A DNA stretch of 63,902 bases, filler included, from Octopus bimaculoides (GCF_001194135.2; 7 parts of 7 records of this genome joined end to end with filler, not necessarily neighbours in it), one strand, 5' to 3'; shown: positions 23,601 to 37,314, numbered from the whole stretch's first letter. Notes: generated from the sequence alone by a model not told the origin. Program-made: numbers and translations.

Positions 23601-23989
23601 ACTCATAGCCAGGCCCAGGTGCCTCATGAGTCCGACTCTGACCACTGATCCATGTACCTTCACACGCACACACACATACATACACACACACGCACGCACA
23701 CATATACATATGCAATATGCATATGTGTATGTATACATGTGTGGCCGGATGGTTCACGGTTTCCATCTCCCTGCGCGGTATCTTCAGCGATTGTGAGTCG
23801 CTGTAGACTCGGTTCGAATCATACGTTTTGAATGAGATGCAAGACACAGAAACTGTATAGAAGCACATAAGGTAGCTTGAACTTGTAATTCAAGAGTTCC
23901 GGTCTTGTCTTTCAGATTCCAGTAGGAATACTCAGCCACTTAAATGTTAATTCAAATTATCGGACAACAGAAACTAATGCCACATTATA

Positions 23990-24693
23990 TACCATGTGGG
24001 GCAGAGAGGACGGACGCTTTTGAAATGGCTCTTACTCAGCCTCAGTGGCAGGGACATATGCCCGACAGGTACCATTCGGTCTGTGGTGGCTTAGCATGGC
24101 GCTGTGGACAATAAAGCATCGCGTGTTTGCCTATGTCAGTTACGTGAAGAATAACGAGCCTCTCACAGTAGTTCAGCGTGAGTTTCGGCGCCACTTCAAC
24201 CTTCACCGAAATCGGTCTGTTCGCTCAATCGTGACACAATCTTACATGGGTGAATGCACTTCATACACGAGGTACACTAATGAATGGGAGACCGGTGGGG
24301 GCGCCACAAACGGTACGGACTCCGGAAAATGTGGAACGCTTCAGACAAGCTTTGATACAGAGTCCAAATCGCGCTGCTCGGAGGTATTCCACTGAACTTG
24401 GCATCAATAATCAGTAAGATGTATTTTGCATGAAGACCTGCATTTCCATCCGTACGAATTTGTCATTGGGCAACAGTTGAAACCATGGGACTATGCACAG
24501 AGCAATGGTGGAGTGAGTGGAAGCCAACTTCCGAGAACGCCTTCAGAAATGCATCGATGGTCACCACATGACGCATTTTGTTTTCCACACAAGATTTTGA
24601 CAAATCCTAATTCAATACGAACACATAGATATCAATAAAATTTGTTTGCAGCTAACATTAAAGATTTTGTGAATCTCTCTGCCCCACCCTGTA
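23990..24693 (+). mobile_element. Internally deleted (non-autonomous) Tc1/mariner-superfamily element, DUF4817-type HTH
   Basis: TA-flanked TIRs (TACCATGTGGGGCAGAGAG / CTCTCTGCCCCACCCTGTA); ATG 24096 MALWTIKHRVFAY...VVQREFRRHFN...TVRTPENVERFRQAL..SP...LHFHPYE joins directly to C-terminal NFRERLQKCI..GHH; the DDE core is absent. Confidence 0.85.
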
Positions 24694-24739
24694 TGNNNNN
24701 NNNNNNNNNNNNNNNNNNNNNNNNNNNNNNNNNNNNNNN

Positions 24740-24751
24740 TTAATTAATTAA
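24740..24751. other. Assembly spacer TTAATTAATTAA
   Basis: Same N-flanked 12-mer as at 15480. Confidence 0.95.
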
Positions 24752-25099
24752 NNNNNNNNNNNNNNNNNNNNNNNNNNNNNNNNNNNNNNNNNNNNATACA
24801 CATACATATACACATACATATATATAGATAGATAGATTTATAGATAAATAGGTAGATACCGAGTGACATAAGTGCATACTATGCATAGATGCTTTTAGTC
24901 ACACGTACGTACACGCGGAACATTATCATCAAGGAAAGTTGCTCTTAGTTTAAAAGCTACAAAACTAAAGTTGCCAGTATTTTTCATTCCTTTTTCTTAG
25001 TCTCAGGAAAAAAAAAATAACGATAGTAATAAAAGCCATAATATCTCTCTGAATAATGAGAAGAGCGCATGAGAAGAGCGTAGTAGCGGTTATAGTAAG

Positions 25100-25144
<45 letters not shown>

Positions 25145-25249
25145 AATAAAAATGATGATGATAAAATTTACCAAAGTTGCGTAGGCAAATCAAAATAGAT
25201 TCACAGAATCACATAGATTCACAGAATCACATGTATGTATATATATACA

Positions 25250-25285
<36 letters not shown>

Positions 25286-25302
25286 CATGCATACACACAC
25301 AC

Positions 25303-25335
<33 letters not shown>

Positions 25336-26019
25336 NNNNNNNNNNNNNNNNNNNNNNNNNNNNNNNNNNNNNNNNNNNNNNNNNNNNNNNNNNNNNNNNN
25401 NNNNNNNNNNNNNNNNNNNNNNNNNNNNNNNNNNNNNNNNNNNNNNNNNNNNNNNNNNNNNNNNNNNNNNNNNNNNNNNNNNNNNNNNNNNNNNNNNNNN
25501 NNNNNNNNNNNNNNNNNNNNNNNNNNNNNNNNNNNNNNNNNNNNNNNNNNNNNNNNNNNNNNNNNNNNNNNNNNNNNNNNNNNNNNNNNNNNNNNNNNNN
25601 NNNNNNNNNNNNNNNNNNNNNNNNNNNNNNNNNNNNNNNNNNNNNNNNNNNNNNNNNNNNNNNNNNNNNNNNNNNNNNNNNNNNNNNNNNNNNNNNNNNN
25701 NNNNNNNNNNNNNNNNNNNNNNNNNNNNNNNNNNNNNNNNNNNNNNNNNNNNNNNNNNNNNNNNNNNNNNNNNNNNNNNNNNNNNNNNNNNNNNNNNNNN
25801 NNNNNNNNNNNNNNNNNNNNNNNNNNNNNNNNNNNNNNNNNNNNNNNNNNNNNNNNNNNNNNNNNNNNNNNNNNNNNCCTTTGTGGATGTGTGATGTCTA
25901 ATGTGTGTGTGTGTGTGTGTGTGTGTGGTGAGTGTGTGTATGTTTAAACTTTGACATCTTATTGCCAGTCAGCAGCTTACGGATTTTTCTTTCAATCTTC
26001 CTTATTTCGCTCATATTCC

Positions 26020-26940
26020 AGTTCAACACTTTGAAACTGTAAATACCAACCAGACCAGAACTGCTAAGGAATTTATATCTAACACCTTGTTATGTGCATT
26101 TAACTCGCATTCTAGGACAGTTCGAACCCTCCTGTAACATTTCTTCCTGGTCTTTACTTTCATACTTGCATGTTGAATGCTAGAGCCCTCATTTATTCCC
26201 GAGATATTTGTAAGTTTGCTCCTGCTCGAGTTTTTTATGACCGTGTCAAGATCCAACACCACTGAATGTGAGGTCTCCAGTTTCCTTTTCTGGAAGTTGG
26301 CCTTGGCACGTTTATCAAGACCAAATTCCATCCCAGTATCATCACTGAATGCTTTCACACTACGTAGTAATCCTTCAAGTTCATTATCGTGTTTGCCATA
26401 AGTCTTAAGTCGTTCATATAAAATAGATGACTTATTTTCTTGTTTTATATCCACACCCTATTCTGTTGAGTTCATTTGTAAGGGGAATTAGGGCTATGCA
26501 GAAAATTAGAGGTGGAAGTGAGCCACCTTGGAAAATGCCGCGGTTGATATTAATATTTTTGTGGTCAGTACTCCATTAGAGTGGTATAATTGGAGATTCA
26601 TATTCAACATCGATATGTTGAGCTTCAGGAAGCTTGAAGTTAGAGGAGAAATTTTGAAGATATCCAGCGATTTCAAGATCCATGAATGCGGTATGCTGTC
26701 GAAGGGTTTTTTTTTTATAATTAATCCATGCAGAACTGAGATTTTTGCTTTTATGACAATTCTGAAGGAACATACGATTTATTAAGAGTTGCATCCATAT
26801 AAGTCACCTTGGCACCTTTTTGTTCGGTGGGGAAAATATCGTTCTGTTCCATATGTTTTCTCCATGAGGTTGAATGTTAAAATTTTGTACGTGGTAGATA
26901 GACATGTTATGGGCCGATAGTCTTGGGGAAATTTGGTTTC
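26020..26940 (-). mobile_element. R4/Dong-like (RLE-type) non-LTR retrotransposon RT fragment
   Basis: YRPITCLSTTYKILT, QLLINRMFLQNCHK.KNLSSAWINYKK, and LKTYGKHDNELEGLLRSVKAFSDDTGMEFGLDK...ELNAHNKVLDINSLAV; frameshifted. Confidence 0.88.
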
Positions 26941-26971
26941 ATTTTGCTCTGTCCAGTCCATATTGTTGGAA

Positions 26972-27032
<61 letters not shown>

Positions 27033-27119
27033 TGTAAAGAATAAAAAGTTTAGAAAGGTATACCAATACACTATAGAACAAAACATGGACTATACACCTG
27101 TTGTAACTTGGTTATCTAT

Positions 27120-27165
27120 AGTCCGATGATATTTCGGAATTAGAATTCCTTCTTCAGATCTTATT
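27120..27165 (-). ncRNA. Degenerate hammerhead-like core
   Basis: Minus strand CUGAAGA-a-GGAAU-ucua-AUUCC-GAAA-UAUCA-UC; core and stem II are good but stem I does not pair. Lies in a unit bracketed by (ATT)n/(AAT)n. Confidence 0.35.
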
Positions 27166-27179
27166 TTCTGGAGTCTCTT

Positions 27180-27263
<84 letters not shown>

Positions 27264-27943
27264 TATTATTATTATTATTATAATTGAATACGTTGCACAG
27301 TGAAGATTTTTTGAGTACCAGAGATTGTTCTATCAAGTCACAACAAGCACCTAATACTGTATTTTACGCAGTGTGCCTGTAGTTCTATGTAAAGCCGTTT
27401 TTTGCAATGCACCCGTTATTTCAAAAGTGTTACAACATGCGGAAACTCGTCTACGTTAGAGGTTACTCTTGTTCTCCGAAGCAGTGGAAAAAAATATCCA
27501 TACTCACGAATCTAGTGTCTCATTCTTGATCTATTGCAGCCAACCACAAATCCTGAGATTCTCTCTCCAAGTCTGCACTCCATACACTTTCCATGAAGAA
27601 GCCATTGTCGTTTCACATTTTCAGTGCCTCTATGGAATTTTCCGATTCATTGCATATCTTGTAGTTCTTCTTTGCTTTCATAATAGTAGCCTGCTTTCAT
27701 CTTTGTTCTTCTCTTCACATTGCACACGCGCAAGACATACTTCTATCGTTGTGTGTTTAAGTAGTCCTTCTCTCCAATTCACCTTTGTTTTTTACCCACA
27801 CTGTGAGGAATACTGATCAACAATACAGCACTCCAATCCAGCGACAGATGACATTTACATTTAGATGAAGTGTTCATGCAAGGGAACTATTTCGTATTCG
27901 CGTCTGAAATGTTTGTCATTTCCGTCGAGTGTACTACTCCTGT

Positions 27944-27945
27944 AC

Positions 27946-27992
<47 letters not shown>

Positions 27993-28104
27993 CTTCTTCT
28001 TCTTCTTCTTCTTCTTCTTCTTCTTCTTCTTCTTCTTCTTCTTCTTCTTCTTCTTCTTCTTCTTCTTCTTCTTCTTCTTCTCATTATTATTATTATTATT
28101 ATTA

Positions 28105-28157
<53 letters not shown>
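27944..28157. repeat. Compound microsatellite (GTT)n(CTT)n(ATT)n
   Basis: Three abutting triplet arrays that differ at one position. Confidence 0.95.
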
Positions 28158-28158
<1 letters not shown>

Positions 28159-28430
28159 CTTTCTCTTAAGGAGCATAGGNNNNNNNNNNNNNNNNNNNNN
28201 NNNNNNNNNNNNNNNNNNNNNNNNNNNNNNNNNNNNNNNNNNNNNNNNNNNNNNNNNNNNNNNNNNNNNNNNNNNNNNNNNNNNNNNNNNNNNNNNNNNN
28301 NNNNNNNNNNNNNNNNNNNNNNNNNNNNNNNNNNNNNNNNNNNNNNNNNNNNNNNNNNNNNNNNNNNNNNNNNNNNNNNNNNNNNNNNNNNNNNNNNNNN
28401 NNNNNNNNNNNNNNNNNNNNNNNNNNNNNN

Positions 28431-28461
<31 letters not shown>

Positions 28462-28747
28462 CCCAATAGGCCGTGCTCCATTTGACATTGTCCTAAAAGT
28501 AATCAAAATGAAAAAGATTCCGTCACCATCAAACGAAACTAGGACAAATTTCTGCAAGGGATACGAGATAAGTCGGTATACCAGTTGGCTTATCTGCTAC
28601 CCATTTTTAAACGATACATAATACCATAAACCGTGACTTAATAGTTACTTAGCATATCCTGTCACGTGGTGCTATTAAGTTAGACACGGCCTTGGCCAAT
28701 ATTTGGCCTCAACATGTCTGATTTATCTAAAATGCCTAATTCTTTGT

Positions 28748-28993
28748 TGAATATTCGTTGGGCCAGTATAATCGATTTGAGCATTTAGAACGTATATATT
28801 AAACTATGTTAATTAATTTGGGCTAAATACGTGCAGTTTATTAGTTCGTTTTAATGTTCAGTTTTTCTTTCTGTTTGTTATATTGTTGTTTGTGTATTAA
28901 TATCTGTTAATTCTTTTGGTTCTTAATTTTTTGTTAATATAGAACATAGTTTCTAAATGCTTAAACGGATTATTCTAGCCCAACGAATATTCA
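28748..28993. repeat. Imperfect inverted repeat (arms ~28748-28810 and 28943-28993), MITE-like remnant
   Basis: TGAATATTCGTTGGGCCAGTATAATCGATTTGAGCATTTAGAA versus the reverse complement of TTCTAAATGCTTAAACGGATTATTCTAGCCCAACGAATATTCA. Confidence 0.7.
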
Positions 28994-29275
28994 TAAAAAA
29001 TTGTTGACAATAGATAATTAAAATATATAAAACCAACAGAGATTGCTACTGCTCAACGTCTAAAACAAATACCAAAATATGATTAAAACGGACTAAACGT
29101 CAACCACGGCAATATCTTATCACTATAACTGTAAGTCTTCCATGGTCTGAAAACAGCACAATATGGAAATAAACCGAAATATATTCACACTACCTGAAAA
29201 TATCATATATGAATTTTATTAATAAAACGGTATTTAAATATTTCGACCCAAAACGCATATATACAATAAAAGCTA

Positions 29276-29346
<71 letters not shown>

Positions 29347-29459
29347 GTCTGTCTATCTATCTATCTATCTATCTATCTTTATATCAATCTATCTATCTAC
29401 CAGTCTGTCTGTCTGTATGTTTGTCTGTATGTCTGTCTGCCTGTGTGTGTGTGTATATA

Positions 29460-29691
29460 CTCCTTTACTCTTTTACTATTTTACTTGTTTCAGTCTTTTG
29501 ACTGTGACCATGCTGGAGCACCACCTTTTAATCGAGCAAATCGACCCCAGGACTTATTCTTTAGAAGCCTAGTACTTATTTTATCGATCTCTTTTGCCGA
29601 ACCGCTAAGTTACGGGGACACAAACACACCAGCATCGGTTGTCAAGCGATGTTGGGGGGACAAACACACACATGCAAACATACACACACAC

Positions 29692-29728
<37 letters not shown>

Positions 29729-30200
29729 NNNNNNNNNNNNNNNNNNNNNNNNNNNNNNNNNNNNNNNNNNNNNNNNNNNNNNNNNNNNNNNNNNNNNNNN
29801 NNNNNNNNNNNNNNNNNNNNNNNNNNNNNNNNNNNNNNNNNNNNNNNNNNNNNNNNNNNNNNNNNNNNNNNNNNNNNNNNNNNNNNNNNNNNNNNNNNNN
29901 NNNNNNNNNNNNNNNNNNNNNNNNNNNNNNNNNNNNNNNNNNNNNNNNNNNNNNNNNNNNNNNNNNNNNNNNNNNNNNNNNNNNNNNNNNNNNNNNNNNN
30001 NNNNNNNNNNNNNNNNNNNNNTATATATATACATATATACGACGGGCTTCTTTCAGTTTCCGTCTACCAAATCCACTCACAAGGCTTTGGTCGGCCCGAG
30101 GCTATAGTAGAAGACACTTGCCCAAGATGCCACGCAGTGGGACTGAACCCGGGACCATGTGGTTGGTAAGCTAGCTACTTACCACACAGCCGCTCCTACG
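29460..30200 (-). mobile_element. SINE family B, full length, with a gap inside its internal microsatellite
   Basis: Both halves match family B closely; N run 29729-30021 lies in the (CA)(TA) tract. Confidence 0.92.
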
Positions 30201-30919
30201 CCTATGTGTACAACTTTAGACTAATATTTTACGCACCTACTTACACAGTTAATATATAGAAAACCTCCCAACCAATACAGAATTGTTACCAAAATCAGGA
30301 AAATGTTTGGTTCCAATTGATTTAAGGAAGTTAATACGATGGCATATAGACGTTAAATACACCATCTAAATTGAAATATTGTTTGTGTATGATTGTGTTT
30401 TGTATATTTTCTTTTCCACATCTATATTTATTAACAAGACTATGAAATTTGGATTGCACCGTTTTATTAGATATATTGCAGGAACATACTATATCGAAGT
30501 ATAAATTTATATTGCGATGTAGCAATATGTTTCAAATATATGACCTCCGGCTTGACATTTTCGAAACCAACCGCATGAACACATTTAAATTACATACGTA
30601 TACAAATATAAATTAAAAATATAAAAAAAAGAAGAAATTAGCATAGACTTGTATTGAAGTGTATAACTTCACTTTATTGATTAATATAAAAATATATAAG
30701 AAACAAGTTTATTTCACTTAAGGGGGCACACGTATATCTCTTAAGACAAGGTTCAAAGTAGATAACTGGAAATACGAATTTTAATAAATATATTCAATAT
30801 TTATTGCAACGAATTACTGAACTGCATAGACAATATGCGTGTCAATGACAGACTACCATCATCTTGCACCCCACAGTCATCATATGCGTATGTGAACGTA
30901 TATAGTATATCTGTTATAC

Positions 30920-30980
<61 letters not shown>

Positions 30981-31643
30981 CACATATATACATACATATA
31001 TGTATGTTTGTAGCTGTGCTTGTGTACATGTATGTATATGTAAAGACATGCGCTCTCATGTGTCAAAAAATCTGATAACTTTTATTTATATCATTAATGT
31101 GACGCATTGGTACTGTGCCGTAAAAAAATACATATAGTATTTCATTTCTTTCCTTTATATTGTGTGTTCAACTCCTCCTATCTTCAGTTTTTTTGTTTCA
31201 AGTTTCCAATGTCGCTAAAAAGATCTACTCTCAAAATTTTAGGGTTGAGGGTAATAGATTATATCCTATCTCTAAACGCTTGACCTTGCACCGTTGGTGG
31301 AAATTAATATGCAATAATCTATTCGTCATACATATGTTTTACGTGTCCGTGTCACGAAAATATTGTTGAGTTATGTCATGAAGGACGGCGCAGCATATTG
31401 TAGCCAAATTACTCTCATGCAATCGTAAATAATACAGATTTGAAGTCTGACGAGTGAAAATTATAAACAATATAATTTAATTTGGCCTAATTTCAATGTT
31501 TGTTCTGCAAGTACTTACACTGTAGTGCGTTTCACTTTTCTTTGCCACTTTCAGTTCTAGAATATGGCACTTACATACCTTTGATATAATTAGAAGCCTT
31601 CTTGTGAAGGTAATATTCATAATTGAATGAGATTTATATCATA

Positions 31644-31677
<34 letters not shown>

Positions 31678-31680
<3 letters not shown>

Positions 31681-32660
31681 TGTCATTAAGAATGAAATGT
31701 CAGATTTTGAGCTAAAAGTTTACAACATAACAACAAAAAGCAATGCAGACAGTCAGGTATGCACCTAAATTATCAACCCAATTTAGTCATTCAATCAGTA
31801 GCTTATCTATGACGGCAGCGAAGAATTCTGGAGAGCAAGATGTGATAAAATCACGAAAGCTTTTTTTAATCTTCTTCAGATTTGAAGCTTTTTCCTTGCA
31901 AAAAGTTGTCTAATGCCTAGAAAACGTAATAGTCAGTTGGTGCAATGTCTGGTGAATATGGTGGATGATAGAGTACGTCCAAGGTCAGTTCCGCTACATT
32001 GAGTAGCGGTCTTTGTGCAATATGTATTTCGAGCATTGTCTTGCAAGAGAATTGTCTTGTCTGTATTGACCAATCTCAGTTGTTTAATTGCAAGTTCATT
32101 CAACATTTCATCCAACTGGCTGATGCATATATCCGCTGTAACTGGCTTACCAGGTCTCATGCAGTTGTAAAGGATGACACCAGCGGTGGACAACCAAATT
32201 GACGCTATTAGCTTTTATTGGTGAATATTCTTTTTTGGATTGTGTCTTGGACCTTCGTCTCCATCCAACCACCGTACAGAACGCTTTGTTGTTGAAATGA
32301 ATCTATTTTCATTACATGTAAGAATACGATGCAAAAATGGTTCGCTTTTATGTCATGGCAGAAAAGAACAGCAAGTTTCAAGACGGCGTATCGTATGATG
32401 CTCGTTCAGTTCGTGTGGTACCCACTTGTCCAGCTTTTTTTTTTGCCGATTTGTTTCAGATGGTCCAAAACAGTTGGAATCGAAACTCAAATCCTTGCTG
32501 CTAACTCACGCGTAGTTTGAGATGTATCCGCTTTTACTGCAGTTTCCAGCTCACCATTATCCACCTTCGTCTCAGGTCTACTACGGGTCTGATTTTTAAG
32601 AGTAAAGTCACCAGACTGGATCTTCTCAAACCGTCGACGTACAGTGCGCTCATTCGCCAC
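31678..32660 (-). mobile_element. Mariner (Hsmar1/SETMAR-like) transposase pseudogene with right end
   Basis: VANERTVRRRFEK..SGDF.L....RSRPETKVDN.EL...V.AD.SQTTRELA, KLDKWVPHELNE, ILTCNEK, STAGVI...QLDEM...LAIKQ.RLVN....LLQDNAR, AFRDFIT...LGAY; many stops and frameshifts; 5' end lost in the gap. Confidence 0.92.
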
Positions 32661-34981
32661 NNNNNNNNNNNNNNNNNNNNNNNNNNNNNNNNNNNNNNNN
32701 NNNNNNNNNNNNNNNNNNNNNNNNNNNNNNNNNNNNNNNNNNNNNNNNNNNNNNNNNNNNNNNNNNNNNNNNNNNNNNNNNNNNNNNNNNNNNNNNNNNN
32801 NNNNNNNNNNNNNNNNNNNNNNNNNNNNNNNNNNNNNNNNNNNNNNNNNNNNNNNNNNNNNNNNNNNNNNNNNNNNNNNNNNNNNNNNNNNNNNNNNNNN
32901 NNNNNNNNNNNNNNNNNNNNNNNNNNNNNNNNNNNNNNNNNNNNNNNNNNNNNNNNNNNNNNNNNNNNNNNNNNNNNNNNNNNNNNNNNNNNNNNNNNNN
33001 NNNNNNNNNNNNNNNNNNNNNNNNNNNNNNNNNNNNNNNNNNNNNNNNNNNNNNNNNNNNNNNNNNNNNNNNNNNNNNNNNNNNNNNNNNNNNNNNNNNN
33101 NNNNNNNNNNNNNNNNNNNNNNNNNNNNNNNNNNNNNNNNNNNNNNNNNNNNNNNNNNNNNNNNNNNTATATATATATATATTACATACATATTAGAAAT
33201 AGAAGGTATGCAGAATTTTGGATAATTCTCTATTAGCCCTTTCGTTCCTTTAAACGTACACTTCAAAAAAAAAAAAAGACGTTGAACAAAAATAATAAAA
33301 ACAGAACGTATCATCGTTTCTTATATGAACCGAATATATATATTTTTTACTTATATCAGTCTTGTACACATATATTGTGGTATATCCGAAACGGGACATT
33401 CCTGTTGGTCTGTTTAGTAGATTGTTCCACATAAATCATATTATTGTTCTCGTGACACTTTATTAAATTTACACCTAATAATATAATACATTAATGTCAC
33501 GTGGCTGGATGGTTTAGAAGCTTACTTCACAACAAGGGGCTACTCACAACAAGGGTTGATCCTACTTCGTGGAAACTTGAACGTATGTCATATTCTTTAA
33601 TCTCGGGTCGACACACACATTGTCAGGAAAATCGCGTATGCTGAAACCATAGACAAACTTGTAGTTCAAAAGTGACGGACTTCATACGTACTGCGTGACT
33701 GCGTTTCTGTTTAAATATAAAATTGTGTTCAGGACACATTAACAAACAGTCGCGTACACACACACATACACACACCGTGATAAGCACAGGATATAAATGT
33801 GATTTTCTATGTGTATCATGCTGAGAGAGTATATTAGTTGAATGATAGGGTAAGTTGTAACTATCGTGCAACTTTTCAGGCCTAAACTAAACACTGACAA
33901 GGAAATCTAGAGAACCGAGTGCAAAAAGAAGCGAAAGAAAGGAAAAGTTAAGCTTGGAGGGAAGCGAGATAAGAATTGTATTCTTTTCGTCCATAATGGA
34001 CAGGAAAATAATAGTGTAAGAGAACCTTACATATTATAGGGAGATGTTGTGTTTTCCAGTTCGATAATAGGAGCTTGTCTAGATGTTTGTATTTTGTGAA
34101 AACTCGTATATGGGAATTCAGAATGTCGGTGGTGTTCTAAGATATAAAAAGGATACGTGCAATAAGAAACCTGTATTTAACATTAGCGTGTGAGGTTAAT
34201 CAGTCAACACCACACACTATTGGTGCCTGGGTTATTTTAATCCCAAGCAAAAGGAACATATATGAACTTCTCCTTTCATTCTATGTGTGTCGATAGATAA
34301 ATTGTGTTGAAAAATAAAATTGATTTACTTGCATTGCTTTTTATCTTCCAAATATGAGACGACCTGTCATTGCGGTAGTAATTAATGCAATATCATTCTC
34401 GCACACACACGCAGATATACAAATACCTACAAGCGCTCGCACTGAAGCACATATATAAGTGGTCACATAGAAAACTACAAACGCAGCGAAACACAGTGAT
34501 TTGTTTCAGTCTGACACAAATATATATTAGAGAACATTGGAGTTCTATATTTTATGAGACACATCTTATGTTATTATCGATACTTACTTGAGCAATCTAT
34601 ATTAAAATTTTAAAAAGCTAAGAGCATACATCGAAGAAGGTTAGAACGCGCAAACAGGAACCAGTGCAATGCCCCAGAGAATATAAACATATTGATCTGT
34701 TCGTTCAGCTTATTTTATATATATCTTTCATCATGGTTTCTATCTTCCTTTCTTTCGCTTTCTCTCTTTCCTTCTCCCTCATGCTCTATCGGTATATCTC
34801 CATTTCCCCCACCCAATTTTTCTCTCTTTCTATTTAGCAGTGGTAAAAGATATGTATATACTTCGTGAAAAAATATTGAGATAAATGAAGATATATATAC
34901 ATATATATATNNNNNNNNNNNNNNNNNNNNNNNNNNNNNNNNNNNNNNNNNNNNNNNNNNNNNNNNNNNNNNNNGTGTGTG

Positions 34982-35014
<33 letters not shown>

Positions 35015-35201
35015 ATATGTATATGTATGTATGTATATTTATGTATATTTATGTATATATATGTGTGTGTATGTATGCATATATGTATGTATATATGTAT
35101 GTATGTTTGTGTATATGTAGGATGTATGTGTGCAGGATGTATGTACGTAAGTATGCATTCTCATGCTTAGCGAAACAGAGAAAAGCACATATTACCAAAA
35201 A

Positions 35202-35262
<61 letters not shown>

Positions 35263-35562
35263 TATATATATATATTTATATATACATATACATATACATA
35301 TATATATGTATATATTGTATATGTTCTCTCCTCTCTCTCTCTCTCTCTTCTCTCTCTTTACATATATATATGTACATATGTGAGTGTGTGTGTATGTGTG
35401 TGGGAGTGAAACTTTGTGTAAATATTAATACACATATACACGTCAACGTGAATATAGACATAAGAACTAAATCTACCCCGCCTTCATACACACACACACA
35501 CAGATATGTATATATATANNNNNNNNNNNNNNNNNNNNNNNNNNNNNNNNNNNNNNNNNNNN

Positions 35563-35574
35563 TTAATTAATTAA
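35563..35574. other. Assembly spacer TTAATTAATTAA
   Basis: Same N-flanked 12-mer as at 15480. Confidence 0.95.
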
Positions 35575-35619
35575 NNNNNNNNNNNNNNNNNNNNNNNNNN
35601 NNNNNNNNNNNNNNNNNNG

Positions 35620-35935
35620 GGTTGTTGTGGGATTTTCGAGCGGGATCGTTGCCGGTGCCCCTGGACTGGCTCTTGTGCGGGTGACACATGAGGTTTCTCG
35701 AGCGAGATGAGCGTGGCCGTTGCCAGTACCGCCTGACTGGCCTTCGTGCGGGTGACACGTAAAAGCACCCACTACACTCTCTGAGTGGTTGGCGTTAGGA
35801 AGGGCATCCAGCTGTAGAAACACTGCCAAATCAGATTGGAGCCTGGTGTAGCCATCTGGTTTCACCAGTCCTCAGTCAAATCGTCCAACCCATGCTAGCA
35901 TGGAAAGCGGACGTTAAACGACGACGACGACGACA
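35620..35935 (+). mobile_element. SINE family F with internal ~60-bp repeats and (GAC)n tail
   Basis: GAGTGGTTGGCGTTAGGAAGGGCATCCAGCTGTAGAAAC...CCAACCCATGCTAGCATGGAAAGCGGACGTTAAACGACGACGAC; matches 42835-43135. Confidence 0.88.
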
Positions 35936-36554
35936 CTGTGCTAGTGTGGTGTGTGGACTTATATACCCATTCTAGAAATCATTATTATTTAACATGTGTT
36001 TACATCTTATTAGCAGATCTGGTGGTGATTGAGAGAAATAAGACGTGTGTGTGTGTCTGTCTATCTGTCTGTCTCTGTGTGTGCGCGTGTGTGCCACATA
36101 AGTTAAATGTTGCATACAGAAATTATGGACATAGAATGTCTGCTCATATAACATTCAGACTCAAAACCTGTGATGTTTAGATTCGTAGTCAAAGATATAC
36201 AAGATTTAGTCACAATTTAGCAGGTTAAATGACTGCGTTAGAATCTTTCTTCAGTAGCTTACTCAATTTTCAATGCAGATAAAGTAGTCATTAAAAAATT
36301 ATGCTATCACAGGCCATAACACGCCTTTAACACATCTCTTTTTATTAAAGATAGTTTTTATTAATAATTTAATTAGTTGACATTTCATTCAGATTACTAG
36401 TTTGTGAAATTTTAGTTTCCATTATTGGTTTATGCTAATCTGCTTGTTTTTTTTTTTTTATTATGTTTTCACTAAGTTACCAAGCATAGTTATGTGTGCA
36501 TTTGGTAGGTGCTGTGTTTCATTTCAGTGTTGTTATATTAGTGTTTATCATCTT

Positions 36555-36810
36555 TTAACTTTTACCTGACTTGAATCATTAGACTGTGGCTATGCTGGAG
36601 CATCGCCCTGAAGAATTTTTAGTTGAATGAATCAACCCCTGTGCTTGTCTTTTATTTTTAAAGCCTGTCACTTAATCTATTGTTCTCTTTTGTTGAACTG
36701 CTAGGTTACAGGGACGTAAACGCACCATCACCGGGTATCAAGCAGTGGTGGGGGACAAATACAGACACCAACACACACACACCCACTCACACACACAAAC
36801 ACACACATAT

Positions 36811-36849
<39 letters not shown>

Positions 36850-36995
36850 CGATTTGTTTTCCGTCTACCAAATCCACTCATAATTCTTTGATCGGCCTGA
36901 GTCTATAGTAGAAAACACTTGCCACAGTTGCCACATGTGGGATTGAAGTAAAACCATGTGGCTAGGAAGCAACCTTCTTACCCCTCAGCCATACT
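36555..36995 (-). mobile_element. SINE family B, decayed
   Basis: ATGCTGGAGCATCGCC...TCAAGCAGTGGTGGGGGAC(CA)n...TTCCGTCTACCAAATCCACTCA...CCTTCTTACCCCTCAGCC. Confidence 0.82.
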
Positions 36996-37314
36996 TTATT
37001 CCCTGTGCCTGCTTGTTCACATTTGTAAGTCCTGGGTATGAGATCTTACGGCACAGCCATTTTGCTACTTCCACCACCTTGACCTCACCACACTTGGAAT
37101 TGCTGAATTGATGCTGACTCACTTGACACCAAATATTATCATGCTTCTTTTGTTCTCTCTCTTCTGTGTATGTGTGTGTGTGAATAAAAAAAAAACACAG
37201 AGAAAAAGAAAAAACAAACAAACGTGTGGATGTAACACAAGCAATGTATAAATAAGATGCTCAGAAAAGGAAGATATATATATATACTTTATTTAAAAGC
37301 AGCAGGAATATAAC

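Noticed and set aside
23755-23800. Minus-strand CTGAAGA...GAAAC hammerhead-like spacing
   Set aside because: Neither stem I nor stem II pairs.
27861-28621. Long low-complexity ORFs (poly-N/K/L/S/Y and X-filled) across the ORF track
   Set aside because: Products of microsatellites and N gaps; no coding signal.
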